From the NCBI RefSeq assembly GCF_009914755.1, contig NC_060925.1: a stretch of 64,000 nt of DNA. One strand, written 5' to 3'. Made by a program: the position numbers and the translations under genes. Source of the DNA: the human T2T-CHM13v2.0 reference genome, Homo sapiens. Under the pieces are notes generated by a model, which did not search any database, was not told the origin of the DNA, and saw nothing but the letters and a program-made list of their open reading frames with translations. The stretch's first letter is position 1; every line of letters starts with the position of its first letter. Below are positions 30,601 through 46,276 of this stretch, one piece after another.

Positions 30601-31931
30601 AGTCTACAGTGGCTCCTGAAGGTCTCTTGGGACTGGAGTCCTTTCCTGGCTTCCAACCCATAAGCCTCAGAGTCTGGCCTCTCATCTCATCTCCAGCAGG
30701 TGAGCCCAAGCCTGCCATTTGACTGAGAGCCCCACTCTGCCTGGTTAACTGGGAACAACACCGTAGGATTGGGAGCTGCATTCCAGGGGTGTTCCTGGAA
30801 ATCCAGGGGCTTCTGTCACAGCCTTGCAGAGTCCCATGGCATCATTTAATTTTTTTGTGTTAGACATCTGTGTGCATCTGTCCCCTAGTTTACTCAACCA
30901 CTCCATTGCCTTCTCTGCAGCTAGTGAGGAGCTAACTGATAGACATCCTTGAAGAGTTAGATCTCAACAGGTTGCTTAAAACTTTGTTTTAACCAAAATG
31001 AGAATTTGTTTTTGAAAAAAGAGAAAAGCCATGGCAAAACCATTTTTACAATATTTTGCTTAATACACTCCAGTCTTTGTCCACATAAATAAATATTTTA
31101 AAATAGTCCCCCACACAATATACTTTCTATTTGTGTAAGCTCACTCGAAGCACTTGCCCATCTTGCTGTGTAGTCATCACAATTATAATTTTTACTGGCT
31201 GTACCACACTGCGGCATAGGGATGAGTGCCTAGCCTCAGGCGTCATGAGGCTGACATGGTGAACTTAACAATGATAATAATTTTTTTAAAAGGTGGAGTG
31301 AAGAATAGTGCCATTGGCCACAAGTCAACGTGAGAGCAGGATTCATTGAGATCTTCAATTTTATTTTCCTAGTCATAATTAATAACTCCTGTCTGCCAAG
31401 ATTCTGCTCCAGCACTGCCTCCTCAGAGGACAGTCCCCATCATCCTCCTTCCTACTCGATGTGGGGCCCTCCTCATGCCCCAGCTAGGCCTTATTGGTTT
31501 CATGCTGTGTTCTAAGTACTTTACCTGCATTAATTTAATCCTCACGTTTACCCTTGTCTACTATCATTGTGCGTTTCGTAGATGGGGAAATGAGAAGTGC
31601 TGTTACCTGGAGATGAGGTCTAGAGAAGTGCCATCATTTGTCAAGATTGCACAGCTTATCTGTGATGCAGTTGGGATTCGGACCCTGGCATTCTGATGCC
31701 AGAGCTCACCTTTGTATTCACAGTGTTATCCTGCCTGCCCCGCCTCAGTCCCCACTCAGAGGACTGACCACACAGCATTGTGTTCTGTGGGTTATTTGCC
31801 TCTCTCACCGCCCCGTGGGATTCTTGAGGGCCAGGACACTGAAGCACTCAGTAGGTACTTCGTAAGTGCCAGCTGAATACATGGAAAAATGAATGAATGA
31901 AATGAATTCGGTATGATTTTAAGGAGGGGAC

Positions 31932-32175
31932 ATGTCTTAGTTCAGGCTGCTATAACAAGAATACCATAGACAGGGTAGCTTAAATAGCAGACATTTATTT
32001 CTTACAGTTTTGGAAGCTGGGAAATCTGGGACCAGTATACCAGCGTGGTTGGGTTCTGGGAAGGGACCTCTTCCTGATTTTCTCACATGGTGGGGAGGGA
32101 GAGAGAGAAAGAGCTTGGATTATAAGGGCATCAATTCCATCATGGAGACTCCAACTCCATGACCTCATCAAACCT
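31932..32175 (-). mobile_element. MLT1A/MST-type LTR fragment
   Basis: tgtcttagttcaggctgctataacaagaataccatagac. Confidence 0.65.
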
Positions 32176-35100
32176 TTGCTCGATGGAATGCAGTCTTCAG
32201 GCCTAGTGACTGGAGATGTTCTGCTATTACCTGCTATGTCAGAGGCCCACTGAGGCTTTGCTTCTGAGGGCTCAAGGACTTAAGGGTTCAGGGTGCACTG
32301 TTCTCCCACACGCCCAGTGTGTGTAGCCACAGCTCAGGGACCTGGGGACAGCTCTTCCCAGCACTCCCAGGGGTCACCCACGCCTGGCTATGAACTCCCA
32401 CTGGTGCCTGGAACACTTGAGCTCACACACACTGGGCTGCCGAACGCTCGGGGCAGTCTTGTTCCCAGGCTTGCGTTTGGTAAGGAGAGAGTGCCTCAGC
32501 TTTAACAAGCTCCATGCTGAGCACATGGTGGGCACGACATCCATGTTATTTGTTATTTGGGCAATCAGATGAGGTCCGGGCATTAGCCTGCATGTCTCAT
32601 GTCTCATGTCTTAGCCTGTGGATTAGTGGCACCATTATGGCAAGGGGTCAGCTCAGGGATCCCTGTTCTCAGTTGCTGCAGCATCCCCACAAGAGCTCCT
32701 TTTGGGTCTCATCATGTTGTAGGCTCTCACTGCCTTTGATCTCAGAGAGGCTCTCTGGCTGCTGCAGCCTTGGGCAGAACCCCTCTCGGTTTTTAATCTC
32801 CGTGTCTACCCATCCATGGAAATGTCATCTTGTGAGGTTGCAAATTCTAAGGAGATGGTAGCCGTGTTGTCTCCTATAACAAATGTTGCCACCGCTGCCC
32901 TCACCCATCTTTCCACCAGACTGGCCACCCTTAACACCGACCTGCTGGAAGGTAGGAAGGACGAGGCTAAGCCCTCAAGGGCCACTGCATTGTCCTGGGC
33001 TCCCCTGCCCTGGCCATTACACAACCACCCTTCCCCATCCCATCCCCGTCTCCTCAGTTCACCCTCTAGCACTGAAGCCTAGACTCTGTCATGGCAGGCT
33101 CGCAGTTAGGGAACTGAGAAATTCCATGTGGTTAAATTTCTGCTCCAGCTTAACATCCTGGGAAGACCCCTGAAGAGACCTATGGTGTCCAGTTCTGTAG
33201 CGCAGCTCCCCAGCCCCGCCACAGAGTGCCCAGGCTGGGAGCACATCAGAGGTCTAGGAGGGGGCAGGCAGAGGGCAGAGGAAGTTTGCTAATAAGCACA
33301 GGGAAGCTGATGCACACCCGGCGCCACTAAAATTAATTATTAGCTCCAGTCGCCTTCACCCCCAGCAGGATGAGAACTGATGTCACAGTCAGGAGACTGA
33401 GGGGGATGGAGGAGGGAGCTGGTCTCATTTTCCTTCTGTCCTCGGAAGGAAGGACACCAGATGGATGTGTGGCATCCAAGAAGGCTCCTGTCGTCTTTCC
33501 TTTATGCCAGTTGGAAAATCAAAGGCACACACTAACAGCTGCAGCCCACCTGATGCCGCAATACACCTGCAGACTGTGACTTACCAGGGTCTCACCTGTA
33601 CACCCCTTGTCTGCCTGAAGACTCGCACCCCACCGTGTTCCCCTGACCCCCTCAAACCTCACAATCCCAACGCATTTGCCGGAGAACCCTTAGCATTTAC
33701 CCGAGACCCTGGGAGGAATGAAGAGGGTTTGTCCCAAGCTGGCACTTTCTGACTGGGGAGAGAACAGAGGGCCTCTGGATGTGGGGGAGCAGCTGAGGCT
33801 AAGGGAGAAGTGGTTCAAGATGCCATACACCTTCTCTCTGCTGGGAGACAGAAGGCCACCTGTCCACTCTTCCTCATTCTCTTCCATGAAACCCATGCAT
33901 GGAAAGATTTAAGCCATAATAAATCCACTCTCCCATCTCTAGTTGATCAAAGGTGGGTTATTGGCCACTGGGAACTGCCGATAGCAGGAAAGACCCCTTA
34001 GTTACTGCATTGTGATGGGATCACAATGAAATGCTGGCAAGTTCGGCTTTCCAATGGGCAGTGTGACCTCACTATGGTGTCTGTGCTTTCTCTAATGTTG
34101 AAAGCCACTCACAGACCCTTTGCTGCTCCAGGATAGAGGCATCGAGGGCACTGGCAGATTCATTCTGCAAAAGTGTGTGGATGTTCAGGATGATGAGGAT
34201 GCTAGAACTGTTCATGTTTTACTCTGCACTATTCCAGATCGGTTTTATGTTCTGAGTCCTCCTTGCAAATTCCTTGCTGGCCAGGACATGAGGCTGCACA
34301 CAGTGCTGGGTCTACAAAACACTTTCTAGGGGAATGACTCGGTGCAGTTCTAGGGGAAGACACAGCCCCTCCGCAGACCTGCTCAGCCTCGAACCCTGCG
34401 CTGATATGCCCTTTGGTTGACACCTTCCTCTCCCACCTAGTGTGGTCTTCTTGTGCTCTGTTCTGGAGTGGCCGAGCTGAAAGGATGACACTGCCTTCCC
34501 TCAGCACATATGAGCACAGGATATCCCATATCTTCTGCTCCATTTCTTGAGAAAACAGAACCCAAAAGAGTTGCCATGAAGAGCATTTGAGTGGCCCAGG
34601 ACCCTGGCCTTGCTTTCTGCAGCCTCCTCTGGTTTACTCAGGCCACAGCCATATAGGCCCCATTCACATTCAAGGCTACGCTGATTCTGTGTCCCTGGGA
34701 CTTGTCCAGAAGTATTTGTGAAACTTGTAGTCAGTTCTCTTTCCTTTCCTTTTCTTTCTGGTTGAAATAATTGCACAATGAGGCAAAGATGATGACTAGA
34801 CCTCCTGAATCAGACTCTTAGGGTGGTGGGGCCCGGGAAGGTGTATTTTTAGCAATCTCTGATTTTGACCCTGAACATAATCTCCCATTTAGCTTATTCT
34901 GGCCTTGAACTAGGCAGCCCTTGGCAATGGGTCCTGTTTCTTAGGGTGTGAAGAACCTGTTTCTTTGGCTTTCAAAATCAGCTGTACATTTCCTTCCTGA
35001 CCCCCAAAGCTCACATTCAGGGTAAGGCCTTGAAAAAAGGCCTTCCTCAACCAACTCCTCCGGAGAAGTGAGGGAGGGTGTCCAGGTGTAAACCACAGCC

Positions 35101-38100
35101 ACTGAGGAGCAGCACATCATAATGACTGCAGAGCCAGCTGGAGGTGACATCTGGGATCAAACAACTTGCTGGCCTAGGTCCTGGGGGCAGTTTTTACTCT
35201 GAAGCAGCTGCTTCGGAAGACAGCTCTGCCTTTCTCCCACTGAGTTCCAAGAGGCTTTAAGATCCCCTCTCCAGACCCAGCACCTCCCAAAGCTCCCACG
35301 TGAGTCATGCGAAAAGCTGAACCCGGTGAGAACTCCAAGGACACTTCCAGCTCTCAGGCTCTATCTCGTGGGAGCAGAGCCGCCCCCTTCCTGATGGGAG
35401 ACTGTACCAGCCACTCCTGGCTGCTTCTCTTCTCGTGCCTGACAGCCAAGCTCCAGGAACTCTCCCCAGAGGACAAGCCCAGAGAATCTCTTTGGGGCTC
35501 CCAGGACGGAAGTGGAGGGACCCTTTTCTCTCCCTACTGCCTTGTCTTGGAGCCTGGGCCCGGAGCTCCTTGGGGAAGCTGAGAGTACAGAGACCACAGT
35601 GATGGCAGCCAGGGCTCAGCTCTGCTTGTGTTTTTGCTGCAACTCTCCGTGGGAGGACTTCCCCAGGCCTCTGCTGCCTGCCTTTCTTCCCAGGATCATG
35701 GTAGGACGTGCAAACCACATGTCTGTGCCTAAGTCCCAGGTATCTTACAACACACTGATTTTGGTGGTTGACAATACAGTCCATTACCATCATTTTCCTT
35801 GTGCCAGTTAGTGTTAGCTGGGACCTCCAGGAACAGCATGCGCAGGAACAGCATGCGCAGGGCCAGCCTCAGCCTCCCTGTCCCTGCTGCAGAGGACCAT
35901 CTCCCCGCTCCAGCCCTGAGTCATGTGGGGGAAGCCGTTGGACAGAGTGAAAGGCCAGAATCATGGACTCATTTCTGATGAGGTTGCGTGATTTTCTCGT
36001 TCTGTATCTGCCAGGCTAATTCCTCCACCCATCAGAGCGAGGACTGGTATCAGCTGGAGGAATGTTAATTTTTTTTTAAACAAGCAATTCCTAGATCCAT
36101 CCCTGTGCCTGTGGCAGTCTAGAGGTGGAACCTTAGTATCTGCATATGAACCCCAGTTTGAGACGTTTGATGCACACACTGCTTCGGAAAACTTTGCTTT
36201 GGATCCCTTCCCCCACCATCCCCTTCTCATTTTACCGAGAACCTTCATGTCCACTTATCCCCTACTTGGTTATGTCTTCACCCTGTCCCCCGACCCCTCC
36301 CGGCAGCTTCTCCTCAGCAGATAAACAAGCTTAAGTTTCTCCCACTTAAGGAAAAGTGGTCCTCACCCACACCCTGGAATCCACACCTCCATTCTCTCCA
36401 AGCCCCCTGACCTCCTGCTCTGAGCCCTGCCATTCTCCCGACTCCCTGTAGAGCCACTCTTGGCCTAAGCGAGTCTGCGATTGCACATGGCCCCTCTCAC
36501 TGAACCTTGCTGAAGCAGGTGACCTGCCCCAGCACCTCTTCCTCCAGACGGTTCTCTCCTGTTTCTGGGACGCCCTCTCCTAGCCACTCTGATTGGACCT
36601 CCCCTGTCCCCTTTGTGGTCTTCTTTTCCCTTTTTGCTCACCACTAAAATCTTGGTGTCCCCTAGGGTCTTTCCTTGAATTTCATGCCCTCCTGGGGTGA
36701 CCTCATTCACTTCCAACCACTACTTGAAATTGACACCTCTAGAGTCCTTGTCTCTGACTCAGCTCTCTTCAATCAGTGGGCATTTTAATCTCCATGTGAA
36801 CGGCCAGGCCAGCCTGTCTCCAGATGCTCTTCCCTCCTCTGAGTCCAGTCTATGTACCACTGAGCTCTGGACTGTGCACCGCTTAGCTCCAGATGGCCAG
36901 GACGGCCTGTCTGCAGATGCTTTTCCCCTCCTCCTTCCCTCCATGAGTCCTCATCAGCTTCCCAGCTCCCTGCTCCATCGCCTGCTCTCCTGTGAAGTCT
37001 TTCCTGCTACGGCCAAACAGAATTCATCACTGTTCCTGGTGTGACCCAGTGTCCTTGCCAGAGTGTGAGCTCCCGGGCGGGGGTGGCAAGTTCCCATCAC
37101 CTGTCTGGGCTCCCATTCCTAGGACTCAGCATTGGCATATGGCTGGCGCTCAATAGAATAAATTAGAACCAACACATTGCTGTTGGGTAGAGCGTTTTAT
37201 TTAACTGGTAAGACTCATTTAAAACAATTAACACCTCTTCTTAGGAAAATGTGCTAAAACCATTTTTTAAATTTACTGCTGAAGAGATTAAAACAGTTTT
37301 TATATTATAAATCCATTCACTTAATCTCTACCTTTTATGGCATGTGGTACCTTATACGGCAAAAGGGACCTGTTGTCATAGTTTCCTTATTAGTGATATC
37401 TGAGTTCACACAACTGGACAATATGTGTGCACATGATAGAAGTCAGTATGTGTATAAGGTTATATTTTTACATGGCTTAGAGTTATCATGAGTGTGTCAA
37501 CATGAGTAAAAGAAGGAGCAGAGACCAAAAATCCCTCTGACACCACACACATGCTAAGGTTGTCTCCTCCTTTAAATAAAGTGTGGGCCAGCCCAGCTTT
37601 TCCTAACATATAAGCCAAAGCCTTTGCTAAGGATCATTCAGTTTGCACAGCCCTGCTCATCTGCAGAGCACTGGGCTCACCAGGCCTTCCCCGCTCCACC
37701 AAGAACAGGCAGGTACTCAGCCCACTGGCCTCTAATCACTTTGGCAATTCCAGTGAGATTTCATCTTTTGGCCAGAGATAGGCTTGACGACCTTCTGACT
37801 CTAAGAATCTCTGAGTTCAAGGACAAAGTTTCCTTATGCTCAAAACTTTCATATACACATTAGGCTTTCATTAGTCAGCTACTCTTGACCTGCAGAAGTG
37901 CCAATTTCCTATGGTTCAGCCTAATAAAAACATGAAAGAACATGGAATGCTGTTCCCATTTCCTAGCCTGAAAGAGTGAGGTGAGGCCACAGCCACAAAG
38001 AGGGTCACTGGGTCTCAGCTCCCACCGAGTCAGGACACTGCAGTCCAGAGATCAGAACACCATCCAATTCAGGGCCTTCCATAAATGACACAGGGATGGG

Positions 38101-38164
38101 AAGGAGTGGGTTCAAGGATATTTGAAAACCATTAAGCATGAAGGTTCTTTCCTTATTATTATTA

Positions 38165-38469
<305 letters not shown>

Positions 38470-39011
38470 TTTTTCCTTATTTTTTAATGTAAGGATGCAA
38501 CACCCTAGACTGAAAAGAACTCAGCCTTCTAAACTAGACAGATTGACTTTAAGTCTGGGTTCTGCTGTGAGGGCAAGTCATTTAGCCTGTCTGAGCCTCA
38601 GTTTCTGTATCTGTAAAATGGGGATAATAATAACTACCTCCAGTGGTTTTAAGAATAAGAGGTAATGTAGGTAGAGAGAGGGCTGCACAGTGCTTAGCAT
38701 GCTATAGGTTTGCAGCAAATGGCACCTATGTTATTTTCACTTCACATTTTCCACACATATTCTTACTCATCTTCAACCATCTTTCCACTTTGGCAGCGTT
38801 CTCTTTTGTAATAGTGTCCACTTGTGTGCATCTCCTGTCTCACATGCATGATGCACTGGCAGAAGCAAAGAATGGTGGCACACACTTCCTAATAGTCCCT
38901 AAGTCCCCTGCATCTTCCTGTGTCCACTACCAAGCCCTGAGCCCACATCTCCCCCATTCCTCAGCTGCGGCCTTCTCATCCCAGTTCATCTTTCCCATCT
39001 CAGACACTTTA

Positions 39012-39386
<375 letters not shown>

Positions 39387-40164
39387 TCAGAACTCTCTGT
39401 GAGAGCTCCGTTTCCTGCAGGTTGGGGGCAAACTCTTACCCATGCATTCAAAGCCTTCCACAAATGGCCAGAGTCAGTCCTCCCTCTTCATCCCCATCAC
39501 CTTCCCCTTGTCACCACCCTGCCCCCTGCACCATCCTCACCCTTCTCCTCCCAGCAGGAAGAGGCTAGAGCTGAAGTCCCAGCTCCATCACTTTTACCCT
39601 TACAGGAGCCCTCAGCCTCCTTCTCCTCTGTCAGGTGGGGTGATGAGTTTGCCCAGTACACTGTGAGTTCTTGAGGGCAGGGGTTCAGTTAGGTTCTTGA
39701 ATGAGTCTCTACAGAGACTCCAGAGTTGCACCCCAACCTCATCCCCCAGAAAGGAAGCTCCAGCCAACACTCTGTGCCCCTAGCTGGCTGTCCATCCGGC
39801 GAGAGTAGAAGAACAGCTTTGCCTCTCTGGATCTCCCACAGGGCCTCTGGAGCTCTGTGCCAGGAACACAGTGGGGGTAGTTAGCGAGTTGTCTGATCTT
39901 GAATCCGTGGTTTTCACACTTTAGTGAGCCTTATCATTCCTATTCCTTGGAGGGCAGCGGGGAAGCTTGTTGGGAAAAGCAGATGCCAGGTCACCCTTTA
40001 GAAATTCCGTAGATCTCAGGTGGGACCCCGCATTTTTAACAAATGCCACAGGCGATGAGGCAGGTGGTAGGAGGAGACACTTGATGTTGGGTGTACTTCT
40101 TTGAATGCCACAGGCCACCTACTGTGTACAAGGCACTGTGCAAGGGGCTGGAGGGATGAAGGTG

Positions 40165-40465
40165 AATGAGATGCCGCCTGAGACCTCACATCGGTGGCAG
40201 TGGTTACGATGAGGAGGAGGAAAACGAGGCAGGGTCAGTTTCAGAAATCAGCATGTGGACTCAGGCTTCAGCCTTGGATCTGAAGCACAAAGGTGTGGGT
40301 GAGAGCAAAGGCCACACCTGGAAACTGTAGGAGCCAGCGAGTTGGGCAGGGAAGGGCCAGAAACCAATGAGTTGCATCCTGGGACCTCACACTGGTGGCG
40401 GTGGTTAAGATGAAGAGGAGGAAAATAAGGCAGGGTCAGTTTCAGAAATCAGCACATGGACTCAG
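40165..40465 (+). repeat. 100-bp direct repeat (40165-40264 and 40366-40465), ~87% identical
   Basis: Both copies share gacctcaca..ggtggc.gtggtta.gatga.gaggaggaaaa..aggcagggtcagtttcagaaatcagca..tggactcag at a 201-bp offset. Confidence 0.9.
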
Positions 40466-40724
40466 TTCAGAGTGGGAGGCAAAATAAAAAACAAGGCAGC
40501 CTCAAAGAGCAGGAACTGAGAGAATCGAACGTGAGGAATGTGACAATGGTCACCAGTCTTTTGGTCAATTTCCCAAATGCCCTGCTTTCTGGTCTGGGCC
40601 CGCTTTTAACAGGCCATCTACACCTGGGAGGCAGTGCAGAGGGGCGTGGCATTGGCATCTGACTCTGGTGGGTTCAATGCTCACCTGTCATTGTGACCTT
40701 GGACAAGATGCTTAGTTCCTGAGA

Positions 40725-41608
<884 letters not shown>

Positions 41609-41635
41609 CTGAATCTCTCTCTGTGTGTGTAAGAG

Positions 41636-42099
41636 TGTAGTAAGCCAAACAGTGGCCCCTAAAGATGTCCACATCCATATCCCCAAACCTGTGAATATGC
41701 TACTTGATGTAGTAAAATGCACTTTGCAGATGTGATTAAATTAAATGGATGGGGAGAGCATCCTGGATTACCCAAGTGGGTCCTGAATGCTATCACAAGG
41801 GTCCTTACTACAGGGAGGCAGCGAGAAGATATAAAGACAGAAGCAGAGGTCAGGGAGAAGGTGCTACGCTGCTGGCGGTGATGATGGAGGAAGGGGCCAC
41901 AAGCCAAGGAATGTAGGTGGCCTCTAGAAGCTGGAAAAGGCAAGGAAGTAGATTTTCCCCTGGAGCCTCCAGAAGGACTCATCCCTGAGGACCCATTGCA
42001 GACTCTTCTAACCTCCAGAACTATAAAAGAATAAATTTGTGTGGCTTTTAACCATGAGGTTTGGGTAACTTGTTACTGACGCTGTAGGGAACTATGACA
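41636..42099 (+). mobile_element. MLT1B/C/D-type MaLR LTR
   Basis: tggcccctaaagatgtccacatcc...ctttgcagatgtgattaa...agaagctggaaaaggcaaggaa...aataaatttgtg. Confidence 0.8.
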
Positions 42100-42924
42100 G
42101 ATATAGAGAATGCTAATTCTCTGCACGGTTGTTGTCAGGAGGGCTCAGAGCCCATGTAGGAAAGGGGCCTAACTCGGTAAAGGTAGTGATGTTACCCATA
42201 GGGGCTGAGTCTTAGACAAGGTGAAGAATGTGACCGCACCCACCACGTTGCTTGGCACCTTGTGGATGCTCAATAGAGCTTAGGCTCCCTGTCCCTCCCC
42301 TTACAGGTCAGGGTGTCTAGGGGAACCCCATCAGGGAGGGGCTCTGGGACACCTGTCCTAGTCTGCGCCCTCTACACTGCACAGTGTACTACTACTACAC
42401 TGTAGGCTCTTGGCTCCTGTCCCTTAGCGAGCAGCATGTGTGCTGGGTGGTCATTTCCTGGCCCTTCCCCTCTCCTGAATTTACCTCTGAGGTTGCTTCT
42501 GTGTTAACTCAGACACATCAGCTTCCACCTCAGAACTCTTTGGCTCTTGGAATCTTTGCCACATAAAGTTGCCTTTTCCAACTGCCTGTTGTCCTTGCAA
42601 GTGGCTTCCTGATTGCTCCTTCCCAGAAGGGACTGCTTGTCCTGTGACTTCCTTGTCTCCCCCAGAGGTTCCAAGACTGTATGGGGCCCCTGGCAGCCCC
42701 GTGCAATACCTCCTCCAGGTGGCCCACTGAACTCTGCAGTATGGAGATGAGAGGTGGGCCAGGGTCTGGGCAGGGGTGCCACTCAGAGGACAGGGTGCCA
42801 GACATCGGTGGTTCTTCTCTGAGTTCTTGGAGGGTGGACAGCTGGGCCCCAGGCCAGCAATGAGCACACAGACCCCTTTGTCTCCCAGTGCCCTCAGAAG
42901 GCTGTCCCCTCTGGCCTCTCACAG

Positions 42925-43104
42925 GGACATTCGTCTCGGCCTTCACTGTGCTGTGCGGGGCCCGCACCGACCTCCCGGACAGGCATGTGTGCTGCGTCTT
43001 CTGGCTGAACATTGCAGCAGCCCTCATCCAAATCCTCACTGCCATCGTCATGGTGGGCTGGATCATGAGCATCTTCTGGGGCATGGACATGGTCATCCTT
43101 GCCA
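42925..43104 (+). CDS. STUM: STUM internal coding exon (exon 2), 180 nt, phase 1/1; hydrophobic membrane-associated segment
   Basis: Acceptor ctctcacAG|GG at 42924/42925 and donor A|GTGAGT at 43104/43105. The translation (G)[59 protein letters not shown] matches the human protein stum homolog as I recall it. It overlaps ORF 42888..43112. Confidence 0.95.
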
Positions 43105-44979
43105 GTGAGTAGCTGTTGGTGCTGCGCCTCCTGGGGGTGGGGAGTGGCCAGGGACAGGAAGGGCTTGGGAGACCTTCATGTCTGGCCGAGGTCCTGCTCA
43201 CCCGCTAAGCACGGGCTCTGGAGAGGGCTTGCCCGTGTCCTCTTCACAACTCCCTGGGCTGCTTGGCACTGGGGACCCTCCCCGCCAGGCCTGGCCCAAC
43301 ACCTGCAGGGAATTATGAGTGGATGGCAGGAGAGTTCCATCATTTAATGCAAACTTGATTCAGACACAGAATGGTTTTGTGAAAGGGTTTAAAGTTACAA
43401 AATCAAGTTTACCAAAGACAACTCAGTTACCCTTTCTAAAATAACCTAGCAAAATCTTAAAACAGACACCACCCATTTTAAGCAGCTGTGCATGTCTCCC
43501 ATACCACCATCCACGTTCCCTGTATTTTCCCACGCCCATCTACATGTGAGGCCACAGTTCCTCAATAATTGACCTCACCTCTCAGGCACTTTGCCTTCAC
43601 TCTGTACCCCATGCCCCTCATTGTGTCCTATACCCCCCAAAACCATTCATAGCTGGGATCGTCAGTGTCAGAGGTAAGCTGAGCCAGGTAAGAGTGGCAG
43701 AGGCAGAAGGGGAAACTCAGGGTTCAGGGGCCCTAGAATTATGTAGAATGATCTATAGTCAACTCAGCCTGAGTTCAGGATCCTGTGAATATTCAAGACC
43801 CAGGGCACACACAAATGGCAGGACCAGGGTCAGTGACCAGTTAGGCCACCAGGCCAGAGAAGATGCAGGTAGATGCAGAGCCTGAGGGAGATGCAGTGGA
43901 GCGTGGTCAGATGGGCTGCCCGGAAGTGGCTCCTCTGGCAGCAGAGATCACAGGAGGAAGTGGGTCAGCTGCACTGCCAGGGTCTCCCAGAATCAGAGCA
44001 AACCAGGCAGATGCTGGCTACTGGGGCAGCCAGAGCAGGGGAACCCCAGGCTGGACCAGAGGCTGAGCAGTGAGCTGCCCCAGGGAGGAATGAGCTGGGA
44101 AGCAGCAGGGAAGCTGCTCCTTCCTCCTGGGAGGGGTGTGCTCAGGGCAGGGGCTGCCCTGTCAGAGGAATATTGTGAGGTAAGCCCAGCAGGCAGGCCC
44201 TTGCATCTCCTTCATGGGATCTCATCCTCTGGGCATGTCCAGGGGCGACTTTCATTTGTCTGGAGAGGTGAAGAGCATGACTGATAGGAAGGAAGTGCTG
44301 CCAGCCCTCAGGTGACTCCTAAAAATTGGTCCCGACAATTCCACAGAGGAAATTTGCTGCTTCCCCAGGGGCCTGTGCTCTGCAGGCTCCTGACCCTGTT
44401 CCCAGCTGGAAGCTGGGAGGTGCTTCTGCCCTCAGAAGGTTGAAGGCTGCCCAATTTGTGCAAGATGAGCCCCTCTTACTGGCTCATCTTCTCTCAAACT
44501 GAGCATCTGGCCAGGCACTGGGGACCTGAGGAAGGAACCTCTGCATTAAAGCGGAACATGACTGTGTCACAGGGTAGGTCTCAATAATGTATGTTGATGC
44601 CTCATCTGATCTCTAGAGCTTTCTGGTACACTTGTCTTTGATCTCCTTAATACCCAGGAACGAAGAGGTTGGAACCTTAGAGATAAAGAACTCCCTTCAT
44701 CATGCCTAGATGAGGCATTGAGGCCCCAGAAGTGCAGATGGGGATCCAGTCACTTCCTCACTTTCCATTGCCCCAGGCTGTTGACTTGGCCAGAAACTCC
44801 TCTGCTGTGGCTGGTGTGGGGCACTAACTGGTCTGCAGGATAAGCAAGTGCTAGAAGCTGCAGCCCCTACCTTTGCCATGCAGCCTTCACTGGGGGTCAG
44901 CGTCAGCCCCTTGGTTGTCTGCACACTGTTTCCAGGGATGCTGTCTTTGCATCAAACTTTTGAGAATGCTTTTGGGGGG

Positions 44980-45338
44980 TGTATTAGTTCATTTTCACAC
45001 TGCTGATAAAGACATATCCAAGACTGGGAAGAAAAAGAGGCTTAATGCACTTACAGTTCTACATGGCTGGGGATGCCTCACAATCATGGCGAAAGGCAAG
45101 GAGGAGCAAGTCACTTCTTTTGTGGATGGCAGCAGGCAAAGAGAGTTTGTGCCGGGAAACTCCCATTTTTAAAACCATCAGATCTCGTGAGACTCATTCA
45201 CTATCACAAGAACACTGCAGGAAACACCCATCCCCATAATTCAATCATCTCCCACCAGGTTCCTCCCACAACACATAGGAATTGTGGGAGTTACAATTCA
45301 AGATGAGATTTGGGTGGGGACACAGCCAAACCATATCA
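44980..45338 (-). mobile_element. THE1 (MaLR) solo LTR in STUM intron 2
   Basis: TGtattagt...gctgataaagacatatccaagactggg...ggggacacagccaaaccatatCA, with a 5-bp TSD GGGGG (44975-44979 and 45339-45343). Confidence 0.9.
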
Positions 45339-46276
45339 GGGGGATAGACTTGAGGGCTGAATACAAAAACCAGTCACACCTCATTCTTGCCCACTGCCTG
45401 ACTGCCAGACTCTTTCACCCAACTCAGCAAGGGAAGCCTTTGCATTTTTTTCCCACAACTAATCCCACCCCCAAAGGGTGAACAGTTGCTACTCATGAGA
45501 TGGTGCTATAGGTGGGATTACTCCCAGCAACCATGGAACTTGTGTGTCTGAGAGTGACTCCTTTGAAGGGAATTATCACAATGGACTTTTCTATCCTAGA
45601 AGACAGTTGGATAAGGGACTCTTCTTTCTGGTGTCAGTCCAGCCCCTTGCTATAAAAACAGAGGAAACTTTTCAGTTGTAACAGTACACTTTGGCTTTTC
45701 GCATGGCATTGCCTGGGGTGTCATCAGCAAACACACTATCATGAAAAACTCCTAAGAGGGGAGTCAGAGAAATCTAGATGAAAGTGGGAGTTAACATCAG
45801 GAAGTTGCAAGCATGTTGCTTGATTTATATGAATAACAACAAATAACAAACAACAACACCCTGTCTTGGTCATGGGTCAATAAATACTTGGTAGCTCTAT
45901 GGTGGGCTCTTTCTACTGCCATGCCCATGGCAGACATTGCTAATCAATCATGACACTTTCTGGTGACCAGTCTCACATGTTCTCAGCACAGGGCTTCAGG
46001 CAGTCACTACTAATTGATCCAAGAGGTCTGCAAGATAAAATCTGTTTGCCACCCTCTGGCCTGGGTCTTCCCCAAAGTATTTTTATATATGTGGCTCCTC
46101 TCCATAGAAATGGCTAAGCACATAGCTCAGACAGAGCCAGTGTGGGGCCAGGATGGGGCACATCAGCATCTTTAGATTGCTGTAGTCAAAGCTCTAGCTG
46201 TCCAGGAGCTGCCACTCCTCATGTCCATCTGGAATTTATCTGGAGGAAGGCATGAGCTGAGGATGAAAAAAAAAAG

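Noticed and set aside
40165-40465. Repeat-spacer-repeat layout as CRISPR-like
   Set aside because: Only two diverged 100-bp copies in mammalian DNA, with no cas genes.
42888-43112. 74-aa ORF taken as a stand-alone gene (ending ILASE*)
   Set aside because: Only 42925-43104 is exonic. The ends are intronic read-through beyond canonical splice sites.
42530-43201. 223-aa minus-strand ORF
   Set aside because: Antisense shadow of STUM exon 2 codon bias; no independent gene signals.
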